This document shows, in pieces, positions 48,857 to 62,581 of a stretch of DNA of 64,000 bases. Each line of letters begins with the position of its first letter. The first letter of the stretch is position 1. This DNA comes from Candidatus Obscuribacterales bacterium (lineage in GTDB: Bacteria; Cyanobacteriota; Vampirovibrionia; Obscuribacterales; Obscuribacteraceae). The stretch is taken from positions 288,001 through 352,000 of the forward strand of contig CBDDIJ010000002.1 in NCBI GenBank assembly GCA_965228855.1, given 5' to 3'. A program made the position numbers and the translations under genes. Under the pieces are notes generated by a model that saw nothing but the letters and a program-made list of their open reading frames with translations, was not told the origin of the DNA and ran no database searches.

Positions 48857-49238
48857 CGGAAGGCGTCTAGATTCCGAGGCTACTTCCTGCACTCTAAACT
48901 ATCAGGCAAGGTTACTCGCCAAGCTGCGCTAAATTGGAAGCGCGGAACTCACCACACTGCTTGACTTCCAAACTTTTGAGCGCACTGCGGCATTAAGCTG
49001 GACGACAGCAGAGATGCCAGGTAGCTCGTTGCGCGTTTATTTATTTAGAAGACGTTGAACCGGTCTTGATATGAGATCTAGTGTGAGCGTGCTTTTTATT
49101 TCCGTCTCCAACCCAGAACAAAAACCTTTCCTCAACTACCCAGCTAAATTACAGCTCTTCTTGTTTGCCACACCGCAAGCAGGAGTTCATCTAGGTCTTG
49201 GAAACAGCTACTCAGTAGCGCCTCAGGAGATACAGTCA

Positions 49239-49985
49239 ATGAGCCTACTCCAACTTCCGGGTCGAATCTGGCACACGGCGTCGTTCGCATTCATGCGGCA
49301 CGTCATGTGGGCGATTCGACCTCCGACTTACATCGTTTTGCTTGGTGGTCCGGGCGCAGGCAAAGGCACGCTTGCAGCAGAGCTCGCTCCGGCCCTCAAT
49401 CTCACTCATCTCTCGACCGGCAACCTCTTCCGGCGCGAAATCGCTCAGGGCACCGCTCTCGGCAAAGTGATCGAACCGATCATGAATGCCGGCGGTCTCG
49501 TTCCTGACGAAATCACTCTGGCAGTGATGGCGGAAGAACTGAGCCGCAAACGCAACTGGCGCGGCGCAGTGATCGACGGTTTCCCTCGCACCGATGCGCA
49601 GGCGAGACTGCTCGACAATCTCCTCGGTGACTGGTCGCAGCGCGTGAAGTTCGCGTTCTTCCTTGACGCTTCGAAGGAGGACCTCGAAGTTCGTCTCTCC
49701 GGTCGCCGGATGTGCTCGAACAGGGAGTGCAATCGCACCTACCACGTCGTTTTCAGCAAGCCGCAGAAAGACGGCGTCTGCGACAAGTGCAATCATCCGC
49801 TCATTCAGCGCGATGACGACAAGCCGGAAGTGGTGGCACAGCGGATCGACAAGTTCAACGCAACGAACGGTCCGATCCTCAACCACTACCAGCTCAGTCG
49901 CTGCCTCCGGCGCATCAAGACAACCAACACGGATCCGAAGGGTCACGTATTCCGCGTGGTCATGGACACTCTCGCCGCAGCCTGA
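49239..49985 (+). CDS. adk: Adenylate kinase with Zn-lid and short N-terminal extension
   Basis: GGPGAGKGT P-loop, HLSTG, GLVPD, DGFPRT, QRDDD; AGGAG RBS. Confidence 0.93.
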   Translation: MSLLQLPGRIWHTASFAFMRHVMWAIRPPTYIVLLGGPGAGKGTLAAELAPALNLTHLSTGNLFRREIAQGTALGKVIEPIMNAGGLVPDEITLAVMAEELSRKRNWRGAVIDGFPRTDAQARLLDNLLGDWSQRVKFAFFLDASKEDLEVRLSGRRMCSNRECNRTYHVVFSKPQKDGVCDKCNHPLIQRDDDKPEVVAQRIDKFNATNGPILNHYQLSRCLRRIKTTNTDPKGHVFRVVMDTLAAA

Positions 49986-50056
49986 GCAACTCACTTGATT
50001 CAAATGAGGGAACCGTTACCCTGACCGGGTTTCGGTTCTCTCATCTTCACGACCAT

Positions 50057-50300
50057 CTACTATATCATTTCGTTTCTAGTCAGCAGAAAACGACGACAGG
50101 AGCGGGTTCGAGAGCAACCTGCATTGTTCAGTCCGCCAGCCAACCCCGTTTGGCTACGAGAGAGCGCCGGAATTTTCGAATTCCGTCATAGCCAGATAGC
50201 CAAACTCGCTTTTTCTTGCCCGCCTTGAGGGACCGCTTCCTCCAAAAGCAGCACCAGGGCTTCTTTTTCCGCCTTAGCAATCTACCCTTCCATCTAGTAG
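50057..50300. repeat. Two-sided octamer/palindrome module
   Basis: Terminator 50004-50044; CTACTATA 50057; palindrome 50151-50202; TCTAGTAG 50293. Confidence 0.92.
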
Positions 50301-50356
50301 ACACGAAACAGCCACGAAAAGCGCTAAAATAGCTTTATTCGCAACGGACGGGGACA

Positions 50357-52330
50357 ATGCGCGAACATCAGATCGTCATCAATCTCAAGCGCGATCAATT
50401 CGAAGAAGTTCAAAGGCTTGCCAGGCTGGCAGGCTCTAAGTCCGTTAGCGCATATCTGAAAGAACGCGTGCTGGAACTTCTAGCACCGAATGCGGAGCCC
50501 GAACCTCAGGGCGGTCCGACCCTCGAAGAGATGCTCGATATCGATCACGAGCTTTCGAGAATGCACAGAGAGCTGCAGGTGTTTATCGCAGAGTCTTTGA
50601 GCAACAGCATTTATAGCGGCGATGATGAGCTGCAAAACGAATTTGACCCGGACGATTTCGACCAAACCTTCGCGGCTTTCCAGGAGATGGAGAGAAACAT
50701 GGAGGAAGAAATCGAGCGCATGAGTTCAGCGCCCGCCACCACAGGTGGTGGCGCCACACGCTCACAACAGTCTGATACGATCAGCAACAAACCGGTTGCT
50801 CCAAGCGCTCTGAATGGTCCACAAGCTTTCAAACGCGGCGAGTCACAGCGAGCAGGCACCGCGCACCGGAATCAAACACCGGGATCGAGGCGCTCGATAC
50901 CGGTCACGCCACGCGACCAGAGCGAAGTTGATTCCGACCAGGATTATCCAATCACCGGTTTTCCTCTGGCTTCAGAAAACATTCTGGACGCTTCGGCGGA
51001 AATTCCAGGAATGGTTGAAAACGAACCAATCGTACTGCCTCCGACACCTGGAGCCAATCGTAATCGCTCAAATCAACGAATTCGAATCATCCCGTCAACG
51101 CCTCCGCCCACTGCGGAAGAACAAGCAGCCCATTGGAAAGCGCAACAGCCGCCAACTCCAGCTCAAAAGGAGTCCGGGAAGAACGAATCATTCAACGATT
51201 CGCAAAATAGAGCGAGTAAAACACCGGATGCGGGTTCGGCATCTGGCAAGACACCGGCAGCACCTACGAATACTGGCGTTCCCGACGCTCTACCACCGTC
51301 GGAATGGTCCGGACATCCGGTTTCAAATTTCGTTGAGAGCGCCGGCATTTACACCAGTGCGTCCACCGAATCAATCTGGTTTACTCCACCGACTCAGGTG
51401 GTGAGACCGGGACCGCAGCCCGAGAATGCTACTGTGGAGAACTCATCCGGCTCCGTCACCGAGGCGCACGAGCCGCTTGAGACAAACGACGCGCCGGAGC
51501 CTGACACCAGCGACACCGTATCTGGTGCCGACACAGAAGCCTCACCGATCACGCAGAGCACCGCCCCTAGTGGCACGACAATCACAGAAAATCAACCGCA
51601 CAGTCCATTCGAACAACCGAACGATGAGCTTGAGGACCTTGCGGAGCGGGCTTTCGCAATTTCACCCAGACTTGGAGCGTTTAATTCGTCACCGAACACG
51701 CCGGCGGGAATACGAAAACGACAGGTCTCAGATCCACTAGACGAACTCATCGACGGGAACATAATGGAGGAAGCGCAGCGCTTGCGAGCGTCAAATCAGA
51801 TGCCATCGTCCCCATATGATGATGGCGTCGTCTACGCCTTCGGAGGTCCAGACGAAACGAGACCCGAATTTCCGCCAGAAGGTCGCGTAAATCCGTCGTC
51901 GCTATCACCCCAGGGAAGTGGCGAACAGAGAGCACTTCTGGTGGGCGCTAGTGCTGAAAACGAAATACAAACAGTTTACGACGCAGCAACCCAAGCAGAA
52001 ACACAGCCCGTGTCGAATTCAGAAGCGCCACTGGAAGCGCAGTCTGTTTCAGATCCAAATATGTCATTCGAAGCGCAGTCGACAAGCGGCTCCTTACCTG
52101 CAGTTAGAGGCACAGAGGACGAGCCGGTCCAGCAATCGGATGGCGCAACCTCTGACGCGGACTATGCGCAATCCAGTGAAAACACGCCCCCATCTTCTGC
52201 ACCAAGCCCGGACCCCAGCGTCCTGGGAGGCCCGCCACCAAAGCGAAAGCGGACGATGGACGATTCGACTTCAGGGGACGATGACGAAATAATCAGTGGT
52301 GGTCCTCCCCCTAAACGTCGAAAAAAATGA
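50357..52330 (+). CDS. Largely disordered acidic protein with ribbon-helix-helix-like N-terminus
   Basis: IVINLKRDQFEEVQRLARLAG.KSVSAYLKE; low-complexity body; repeated GGPPPKR C-terminal motif. Confidence 0.7.
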   Translation: MREHQIVINLKRDQFEEVQRLARLAGSKSVSAYLKERVLELLAPNAEPEPQGGPTLEEMLDIDHELSRMHRELQVFIAESLSNSIYSGDDELQNEFDPDDFDQTFAAFQEMERNMEEEIERMSSAPATTGGGATRSQQSDTISNKPVAPSALNGPQAFKRGESQRAGTAHRNQTPGSRRSIPVTPRDQSEVDSDQDYPITGFPLASENILDASAEIPGMVENEPIVLPPTPGANRNRSNQRIRIIPSTPPPTAEEQAAHWKAQQPPTPAQKESGKNESFNDSQNRASKTPDAGSASGKTPAAPTNTGVPDALPPSEWSGHPVSNFVESAGIYTSASTESIWFTPPTQVVRPGPQPENATVENSSGSVTEAHEPLETNDAPEPDTSDTVSGADTEASPITQSTAPSGTTITENQPHSPFEQPNDELEDLAERAFAISPRLGAFNSSPNTPAGIRKRQVSDPLDELIDGNIMEEAQRLRASNQMPSSPYDDGVVYAFGGPDETRPEFPPEGRVNPSSLSPQGSGEQRALLVGASAENEIQTVYDAATQAETQPVSNSEAPLEAQSVSDPNMSFEAQSTSGSLPAVRGTEDEPVQQSDGATSDADYAQSSENTPPSSAPSPDPSVLGGPPPKRKRTMDDSTSGDDDEIISGGPPPKRRKK

Positions 52331-52481
52331 GATTTTTACCATTGTTTTAGACGTCGTCCGTCCATACTATCAAGGTGTCAAAGGACGTTTCTCTTTTGCA
52401 GGCTTGAAGGACCCCTACATCACGCAAATCGTGGTATATCAATAGGAGCGCTTCATAGTCATCCCCGCCCAGGGCAACGAC

Positions 52482-52856
52482 ATGAGAAAAGGTCTCCAAA
52501 AGCCGGACAGTGACGACTCCTCCAAGGACAAAATGTCTACCGAAGGAATCAAAGATTCAGCTTCTGACGGAAACAATGGTGTTGGTGATATGAACGCAGT
52601 GATTGAACACGAAATTGAAGCGGCCTTCGCTCTTAACGAAGGCGCGGACTGGTCCCTGACCGGTATTATGAATCATCCCTCCGGTGTGGATTTCGCGTTG
52701 CAGCAAAATCTGGCACTGATGGAGAAACAAACCAGAGATTTGATTGAAAACGGTTCCGTTGAAGATCTTCTTGCCGCTCTTGAAGAAAACACAAGGCAGC
52801 TTCAGATGCTTCAAACTCGCATGGAAGGGCGTTTGAACTGGCTCTCGGGAAGTTAG
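52482..52856 (+). CDS. Hypothetical coiled-coil protein
   Basis: Intact ORF with upstream -35/-10-like boxes (TTGAAG...TATATC). Confidence 0.6.
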   Translation: MRKGLQKPDSDDSSKDKMSTEGIKDSASDGNNGVGDMNAVIEHEIEAAFALNEGADWSLTGIMNHPSGVDFALQQNLALMEKQTRDLIENGSVEDLLAALEENTRQLQMLQTRMEGRLNWLSGS

Positions 52857-52937
52857 AGAAACGACAAAAATTCAATTGTGATAACGGCGCTCGATATGAT
52901 TCGAGCGCCGTTGCGTTTTCCATGTTTTAAGAACGGT

Positions 52938-54542
52938 TTAGATGTAACCGACGTTCTTCTGAGAACCGGCTGGCGGCAATATTCTCAGGCGGCGCATTGG
53001 CTCGTCGCCGATGCTTCTGCTGCTGAGACTGAAGCGTTCGACAAGTTGATGTTGCAAACGGCGGATGTAACTTCTGCGAGGCGCGAGTTCCATCGGCTCC
53101 AAACGTTCCATAACCTTGTTTATCGCCTGGCGAGCCTCTTCCAGCGCCAGTTCTGTTTCATCGATATCGCCTTCGATATCGACGGAACCGATATCAGTGT
53201 CAAGATGCAACGCCTCACGCAAGACCTTTTGGATCTGCGGAAGGTTATTGCTCTTCACTACGTAAACCGGGATCTGGCGCGCGTCTGCCAGCGAGTAAAT
53301 CTTGGCACCAGTTCTCGCGTAACTCTTCAATGCCAGAATCGCATCGGCTTCGTCGATCGACTTAACCACTTCGACCGGCAAGGCGAGAGTCTTCACAACC
53401 CGCTCCAGAAGCCCTTTGCTGACAGCGTAAGGGTATATCTTCAAATGGGTTTCACTGCCACCATCAGCCGGAGGCGCTTGTTGAACCCAGTCAGATGTGA
53501 AAGCTGCAAGCCCTTCGACGTTGGCCACCACCGGCTCTACAGTGGAGACGACGGAAACCTCTCCGGTCGCGTCGTCGCGACGGCGAATTTCCGGATGGAT
53601 CTTCCAACCGCGGAGCAGTTGGTCAACCGCCTCGCCTACATTCTGATGAACAGCCAGAGTCTGACGATCAAGAATCTCTACGCAGATATCGAAAGTCGGC
53701 TGCGCCGCTCTTTCCAAAACTGTTTTTTGAGAACCGCGGCGGCGCGCTTCATCGTCGCCCAGAGTCACGGTTTGAATACCGCCGACCAAATCGACCATGA
53801 CCGGATTCTTCAACAGATTGTCGAGAGCGTTACCATGGGCGGTGCCTATCAACATGACGCCGCGCTCTGCGATCGTCCTTGCTGCCTGGGTTTCCTGCTC
53901 CGTGCCGATCTCATCGATAATGATAACTTCGGGTGTATGGTTTTCAACCGCTTCAATCATAACTGCGTGCTGCAAGTCAGGGTGCGGCACTTGCATACGG
54001 CGTGAGCGACCAATAGCCGGGTGGGGCACGTCGCCGTCGCCGGCAATTTCGTTAGATGTATCAATGACGATTACACGCTTGCCCATCTCGTCAGCGAGAA
54101 CGCGAGCCATTTCACGAAGTTTGGTTGTTTTACCTACACCAGGAGGTCCGAGGAACAAAATCGATTTCCCTGAATCAATCAAGTCACGAATGACAGTAAT
54201 GGTGCCGGTAATCGCGCGACCAACCCGGCAGGTGAGACCAATGATTTTGCCGGATCTGTTTCGAATGCAGGAGATACGATGGAGCGTTCTCTCAATCCCC
54301 GCGCGGTTATCGCCGGTAAACTCACCGAGCAACGCAATTGCCGCGACGAGGTCATCCTGGGTAACGTTGCTTTCGGAAAGATAGACGGAGTGCTTGTCGA
54401 GGTAACGAGCTTCCGGACGACGGCCAAGGTCCATAACGATCTCGTACAGACCGTTCGTGTCCTCTGCCAGGCTGTCGCGAATTCCCGGAGGCAGAATCTC
54501 CAGGAAGCTTGTTAGATCGTCAGCAGGAGGTATTTTTTCCAT
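52938..54542 (-). CDS. Ycf45-like AAA ATPase (SpoIIIAA-related) with C-terminal R3H domain
   Basis: GPPGVGKTT, DTSNEIAGDGD, EAVENH, IIIDEIG, GTAHG, RRLQH motifs. Confidence 0.92.
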   Translation of the reverse strand: MEKIPPADDLTSFLEILPPGIRDSLAEDTNGLYEIVMDLGRRPEARYLDKHSVYLSESNVTQDDLVAAIALLGEFTGDNRAGIERTLHRISCIRNRSGKIIGLTCRVGRAITGTITVIRDLIDSGKSILFLGPPGVGKTTKLREMARVLADEMGKRVIVIDTSNEIAGDGDVPHPAIGRSRRMQVPHPDLQHAVMIEAVENHTPEVIIIDEIGTEQETQAARTIAERGVMLIGTAHGNALDNLLKNPVMVDLVGGIQTVTLGDDEARRRGSQKTVLERAAQPTFDICVEILDRQTLAVHQNVGEAVDQLLRGWKIHPEIRRRDDATGEVSVVSTVEPVVANVEGLAAFTSDWVQQAPPADGGSETHLKIYPYAVSKGLLERVVKTLALPVEVVKSIDEADAILALKSYARTGAKIYSLADARQIPVYVVKSNNLPQIQKVLREALHLDTDIGSVDIEGDIDETELALEEARQAINKVMERLEPMELAPRRSYIRRLQHQLVERFSLSSRSIGDEPMRRLRILPPAGSQKNVGYI

Positions 54543-54606
54543 TTGTTTCTCCAATTGAATTGGTGCAGCATCAGTCAGGCGAACAAATTTGAAAACCACA
54601 AGGTTT

Positions 54607-56160
54607 TCATCCCGATTCAAGTAAAACTCTTAAGTGTCCATTTATAGAAAGAACCTCATTCTGAGCCACTCTTGCGCCCGGCACACACACCGGCATCCCT
54701 GGTGGACATGGAGCGAGGCAGTCAGCGGAAATCCGACCACCGGCGTCTTTCGCAAGCGCAATTTCAGTCGACGCGAAGAATGCTTCGCGCGGTGAAATCA
54801 CTTGCTCGATCGGCTGCGGTTTAGCCACGTCTATCATCGTACCGGTCGCGGAAGCGGAAGGCAAATCGTCCAGCGCGGCAATAACAAGGTCTATATCGCT
54901 TGAAACAGTTCCAGTTCCTAACATCAGCAAGCATCCGGAACCTAAAACAGCTTCGCAAAAAATTCCGCGTTCCACGAAGAAGTTATAAAGTTGCCTGCCG
55001 GATAGTAAGGGGCTGCCAAGTAAGACGTGGAGCGGATCGACGCCGCCCTCAGGTTCGTAAATCTTGAGCTTGGAATTCGCGGCAAAGCGGATGCGTGCTC
55101 TTAGATCAAGGAGCGAATTCAGCTTTTGCAGCCCTTCTTCAGATTCATGCACGAGAATTGCCTGCTCTATAGAAGATAGCAAAACATAGCTCGGACTTGA
55201 TGTGGAAACAAGTCGCAGTGCGGCTCTAACGTCTTCAGAGGAAACGTACTTCTGGGATGCGACATGGACGGCACCCGTTTGAGTCATCGCACCGATGGTT
55301 TTATGGAACGAATGGACGACTAGATCAGCGCCCGACTGACATGCGGTAACCGGCATCAAAACGGATGTTTCACGTTTACTAAACGCCCGAGCTTGTTCGG
55401 AAACGGTCTCGGTATCGTTTGAATCTGAAACGGGAGGCTGTAAACGGTTTAGGCCAGAAAAAAAGTGCGCACCTTGCGCCTCATCAACAATGAGCGGAAC
55501 TCCGTGCTTATGCGAAACTTCGGCAAGTGTCTTGATATCACTGAGCGCTCCGGCGTAGGTCGGCGATACGACCAGGACTCCGGCGACCGCATCCGGTCTG
55601 CCTTCGCTAAGAGCGGCGTCCAGTTGCCCGGGAGTGACGTTCTGCCAGACGGCCCATTCGGAATTCCATTCTGGCTCATACCATCTCGGTTTCAGCCCAG
55701 AAAGAACCAGCGCGTGAATAACGGAACGGTGTGCATTTCTTGGGACGAGCAGTTCAGTTCCCCGTTTTGCAATAGCAAGAATCGCAGCCAACAAACCGCC
55801 GGACGCGCCGGACACAGATAGGATGCTGTTTTCCGTGCCATACAGATTAGCAACACGTCTCTCTAGATCGCGCAGAACACCGGTCGGATAGGATAGATCA
55901 TCGAGATCATCCAGCTCCGTAAGGTCGAACTCAGATGCAAAGTCGTGGAACGACGATAGCCCGGGCAAGCTCAGACGCCCTTTGTGACCGGGGATGTGGA
56001 ACGATGCGGATTCACGCTCGTTGTGCAAACAAAGATTTTTGGTCAGAGTCCCCTTCAGTATCGGCTCTTCAAACAAACGGCGAAGGTGGAATTCCCTGTT
56101 TTGCTTTTCCAGGTGGCGCTCAGGCGCTTGGCTCTGATTGTCTGTTTGAGCGTGGGGCAA
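54607..56160 (-). CDS. Orn/Lys/Arg decarboxylase (class I, PLP)
   Basis: FHIPGHKG, PRNAHRS, VDEAQG, HSFHKT, STSSPSY, PPGMP motifs. Confidence 0.9.
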   Translation of the reverse strand: MPHAQTDNQSQAPERHLEKQNREFHLRRLFEEPILKGTLTKNLCLHNERESASFHIPGHKGRLSLPGLSSFHDFASEFDLTELDDLDDLSYPTGVLRDLERRVANLYGTENSILSVSGASGGLLAAILAIAKRGTELLVPRNAHRSVIHALVLSGLKPRWYEPEWNSEWAVWQNVTPGQLDAALSEGRPDAVAGVLVVSPTYAGALSDIKTLAEVSHKHGVPLIVDEAQGAHFFSGLNRLQPPVSDSNDTETVSEQARAFSKRETSVLMPVTACQSGADLVVHSFHKTIGAMTQTGAVHVASQKYVSSEDVRAALRLVSTSSPSYVLLSSIEQAILVHESEEGLQKLNSLLDLRARIRFAANSKLKIYEPEGGVDPLHVLLGSPLLSGRQLYNFFVERGIFCEAVLGSGCLLMLGTGTVSSDIDLVIAALDDLPSASATGTMIDVAKPQPIEQVISPREAFFASTEIALAKDAGGRISADCLAPCPPGMPVCVPGARVAQNEVLSINGHLRVLLESG

Positions 56161-56575
56161 TGCCTTCAGTGCAGCTCTTCACTGCTTTCGTTAGAGGTCA
56201 GGCCACGGGTCGCGGGATCGTAAGCCCGGCCAGTATAGCATGCGCACGCGAAAAGCCAGTCCCCCTGAGGGTTTTCACAACCCCACAAACAGATATCTCC
56301 ATGGACGATGCCGCAGATCCATTATGCGTCATAGTAGATAAGTGTCGAACAATAATTCGAAAAAACTTCGGGTTTTCCAAATTGTTAGTATCAGATTCGG
56401 TACCGCGTTAACAATGCGAGAATAACAGTGGGGCATTGGGCGCCTCCTTACGAGCCTGCCTAGTAGACGTTATGCAAGAACAGAAACCGGTATTGCGGTA
56501 GCGCCTGACGGCGCTACCCTGACCGCAAACTACAACTAAGCGACTTGTCCTACAGACACGCCGACGAAAGGCAAA

Positions 56576-56881
56576 TCAACAGGATTGACTGGCTCGGAGC
56601 GAACGAAGCTCCGACAGGCTGAGATGCAGTTCCGCTCCTCGGCCAACCAAAATCAGTCCTGAGCGCTCACCATGGGGGAAGGCGTCTTTACCGGACGCAA
56701 TCAGCGCGGCCCGCACCTGGTCACTCAGACGACAGGGAGCGATCGCCCCGTTGAAGGTTCCGTCGGTGATCAAATAGACCGAGTTGTTTCCCATGATCGG
56801 GTTGAGGGAGCTCAACTCGACGCCTGTGATCGACAGGATTTCGCCGAGATCAGCGGCAGCCCTGGAGACAACCATGTTCAT
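56576..56881 (-). CDS. Hypothetical protein
   Basis: AAGGA RBS upstream of ATG 56881; follows clpC-like gene. Confidence 0.55.
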   Translation of the reverse strand: MNMVVSRAAADLGEILSITGVELSSLNPIMGNNSVYLITDGTFNGAIAPCRLSDQVRAALIASGKDAFPHGERSGLILVGRGAELHLSLSELRSLRASQSC

Positions 56882-56977
56882 CAGAGAGTTTCCTTTGTTT
56901 GAAGATGGTGCGGAGAAACGCGAGGAAGGGAGCTGCGAACAGCCACCCTTCCCCGCTTCAGTCAAACTAGCATCGCG

Positions 56978-59466
<2,489 letters not shown>

Positions 59467-59935
59467 TTTGTTTGTCCCAAGCTGTGGCTACGGGTGTTTC
59501 CACCCAATGCCGTTCTAAGAAAGCGGTCGCCCGAAGGTGATCGCTCTTCTTGAGTTTCCTGAGAGTTCGGGCTCATCGAGAATTTTTCTCTGATGAACTC
59601 AAACACCAACACACCCACGGTGAATCAACCACCGCTGCGGCAAGAGGACCAAACCACCGGCGCGCATCCCGTCTCGAAGAGACTGGAACTCATAACTGGA
59701 GAGGCGCACAGATAGTCTGGTTACTGAAGCCGCGATATAACGTGTGAGGAAAAACAACAAGTAATTCCTGGCTATCAGATCAGAGGCCTGAGAGGCTAAA
59801 AACATATGTTACAACAAGCCTCTTTACAACCATTAACACTCAGAGCCCGCCGGCTTTTCAGGCGAAACAACAGGCGGAACGCGTGCACATGCGCATGAGA
59901 CGCGGTTCACTAACCTCGCGCTAACTAACGAATCG

Positions 59936-60339
59936 CTACTTTAAGCCGACGTATTCACACAAATCCTCCCAAGGCTCTCCGCGCATTTGTTATCGAAGAC
60001 TATCTACTATAAGCCGACGTATTCGCACAAATCCGCCTAAGGCTCTCCACGCAGCTGTTTCGAGAGCAAAGCACATCGCTCAACCCCCGCCTACTATAAG
60101 CCGACGTATCCACACAATCCTCCGAAGGCTCTCCACTCACCAGTTTCGAGAGCATCGCGCATCGTTCATTCCGCCATCCACCTTCGTTTGGCAACGAGAG
60201 AGCGCCGGAATTTTCGAATTCCGTCATAGCCAGATAGCCAAACTCGTTTTTTGATTACTGCTTTTGAAGGGGCGTTTCCTCCAAAAGCATCATTACGTCT
60301 CAGTCTCCCGCCTTAGACGTCTACCAATCCATCTAGTAG
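59936..60339. repeat. Two-sided module with triplicated left end
   Basis: CTACT[AT]TAAGCCGACGTAT starts at 59936, 60004, 60091; palindrome 60189-60240; TCTAGTAG 60332. Confidence 0.92.
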
Positions 60340-60419
60340 TCACATTTTGAAAAAAGTGTCGCTCCGGACTTGCTTCTGCGCAAGTTTTCGGAGCGACACG
60401 TCAAAGCCTTATGTCACCG

Positions 60420-61031
60420 TCAGAGGCTGGCGGCGAGCTCCTGCAAGCGAGCGACGACGGCTTCGCGATGGGCAGCGTGGGTGACGCGACCAACCATCTC
60501 ACGAGTGCCGTTGCCCAGATTCTTCGGATTCTCCCAGCGGACGCCGGTGACAGATTCGATCTTCTTGCGAAGACCACTCTGCTTGTCCTTGAACCTGGAA
60601 GCAGTGACACCACTGATGGTGACAGTCACGATGGTGGCGCCGTCGGTGGTGTTGACCGAGACCTTCATGGAATCATGATCGGCGACGGTCGTGTTCAGCG
60701 CCTGCGGCGATGGCGTTGTCGCGAGCGAGGTTTTCGAGCCGGCGCTCAAGTTCGGAGAAACGACCTTCTCGACTTCCAGTCCGAGCGCGCCATGGGATAC
60801 TTCATCGGGAACGGCGAGACAGTCCTGGGTGAAGTCGAGCGGGCGTTTCGACACGAACAGTGCGATGAGCGCGCAGACCGCACCGACCGCAATTTGCATC
60901 GGATCGCTCAGCGTCACTTCGAACTGCTGCGCGATGGGCTGAGCCACAAACCAAGAAATTGCACCGGTGGCAACAACCGCGAACGCGCGCGTCGACCAGG
61001 TGAGAATTCGAGCTTGACGACAAGTTCTCAT
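60420..61031 (-). CDS. Hypothetical membrane protein
   Basis: GGAG RBS; two N-terminal hydrophobic helices. Confidence 0.65.
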   Translation of the reverse strand: MRTCRQARILTWSTRAFAVVATGAISWFVAQPIAQQFEVTLSDPMQIAVGAVCALIALFVSKRPLDFTQDCLAVPDEVSHGALGLEVEKVVSPNLSAGSKTSLATTPSPQALNTTVADHDSMKVSVNTTDGATIVTVTISGVTASRFKDKQSGLRKKIESVTGVRWENPKNLGNGTREMVGRVTHAAHREAVVARLQELAASL

Positions 61032-61515
61032 TTAGTACTCCATCTATCTGGGTTTAGTTTTTGGGATGAAAGCTCCTCAGACCCATCGGGCTCAAGGAAG
61101 ACAGATTGAAAACGAAGTCAGGGATTTGTTCGAGTAGATACCTGAAAGGGTGAATTGGAGGAAGACAAGCGAATCTAGCCAAACAGGCTCACTCCCCTCA
61201 ACTCGCCTAAATAGAAATTTGCTTACTTGATAAATAAAAGCTCGTAATTTTATATATAGAGCAGAAGCACACACCAGATGACAAGCGCTAGCGACACCTC
61301 TTTTTGGGGATATTTACGGGGCAGCCATACCAGGCTGATCAGGTTGAAATGGCTCTAGCCGGAAGATTGTGTAGCCATCCTGAAGACGCCAACGAATGGC
61401 AGATGAAAGCAATCGACTAGCGAGGGTCGCGCGACTTGCCGCTTCTGTTGCCGCACCGGCGGAAATTGACCTCTTAGCGGTTTCACTCAGCGCAGGTCGT
61501 TTGCGCATTTGCGTT

Positions 61516-62145
61516 TCAAGACGACGAACCGAGCTGGTTCAAGTCGACCCCGTAGCCTAATAATTCGTGATGAAGCGCCTCCGGAGAGGTAAACAAAATC
61601 GCCTGCATTCCAGCTTCTCTGGCTGCAATTATGTTCTCTTCCAAATCGTCCACGAACAAACAATGTTTTGCAGCTAAACCGCTTCTAGCCATCACCTCAC
61701 CATAAATCGGCGCATCCGGCTTAGCATGTCCAACCTCGTATGACAGAATGAGTTCTTCGAAGTGCCGCGCCACATCATAGGTTTGCTGGATCCAGCCGTA
61801 ATGGTTTTCATTCGTGTTTGAGAGCAGGTAGAGTCTAAAAGCAGTTTTCAATTTGGTCAAAATCTTTACCATCTCAAGGTTTTCCACAAATGTCGCATTC
61901 CACAAAGTCGTGAATTCCGTCTCGTCAATCTCGGTTTTCAGCGCCCTGTTTAATTCGGCAAGAAACATCTCCGTGCCGATCTTTCCGGTTTCATAACCCA
62001 ACGAGCCGAGATGCCTCAACACCGGTTTGAAGTCATCGCCCTCAAAGTTCGCGCGCTTGCAGAAGCCCGCACAGACTGCCGACCAATCGAAATCGATTAG
62101 TACGTGACCCATATCGAAGGCAAAAAGTTTGATTTCGCTTGCCAT
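61516..62145 (-). CDS. HAD-family phosphatase (YihX-like)
   Basis: FDMGHVL, LSNT, KP, FVDD motifs. Confidence 0.9.
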   Translation of the reverse strand: MASEIKLFAFDMGHVLIDFDWSAVCAGFCKRANFEGDDFKPVLRHLGSLGYETGKIGTEMFLAELNRALKTEIDETEFTTLWNATFVENLEMVKILTKLKTAFRLYLLSNTNENHYGWIQQTYDVARHFEELILSYEVGHAKPDAPIYGEVMARSGLAAKHCLFVDDLEENIIAAREAGMQAILFTSPEALHHELLGYGVDLNQLGSSS

Positions 62146-62253
62146 TTATTGAAATTCTGCCTCCATCCCACGTCCGTTCGTCCATACAACACGAACCGTT
62201 CAAACCATTGCCCGGTCAGGGCTTTTATAGCGTCTATTTTACTCGCCCAGACT

Positions 62254-62506
62254 TGTCTATCGTACGATGACAGATTTCCGAATATCCGGCATCGTGGGAT
62301 AGACAAGATGGGTAGTGCATCACGGATGTAAGGGCAAAACAGCCGTGGACACTACATTCTAGCGCTTACCGCTTATGCTGTCTTATAGTAGATAAGGAAT
62401 CCGGCATCGGGGGATAGACAAGATGGGTAGTGCATCACGGATGTACGGGCGAAACAGCCGTCGGCACTGGATTCTAGCATTTAAAACATATGCTGTCTTA
62501 TAGTAG
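62254..62506. repeat. Palindrome/octamer module with ~115-bp duplicated right half
   Basis: Palindrome 62254-62305; TATAGTAG 62384; half palindrome to 62420; TATAGTAG 62499; terminator 62524-62569. Confidence 0.9.
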
Positions 62507-62581
62507 ACAAAGTCTGAAAAAAATCAACTAACGGACAGCACCACTTGTGGTGGCGCTGCCGTTAGTTGAAACGCTTGCCGT

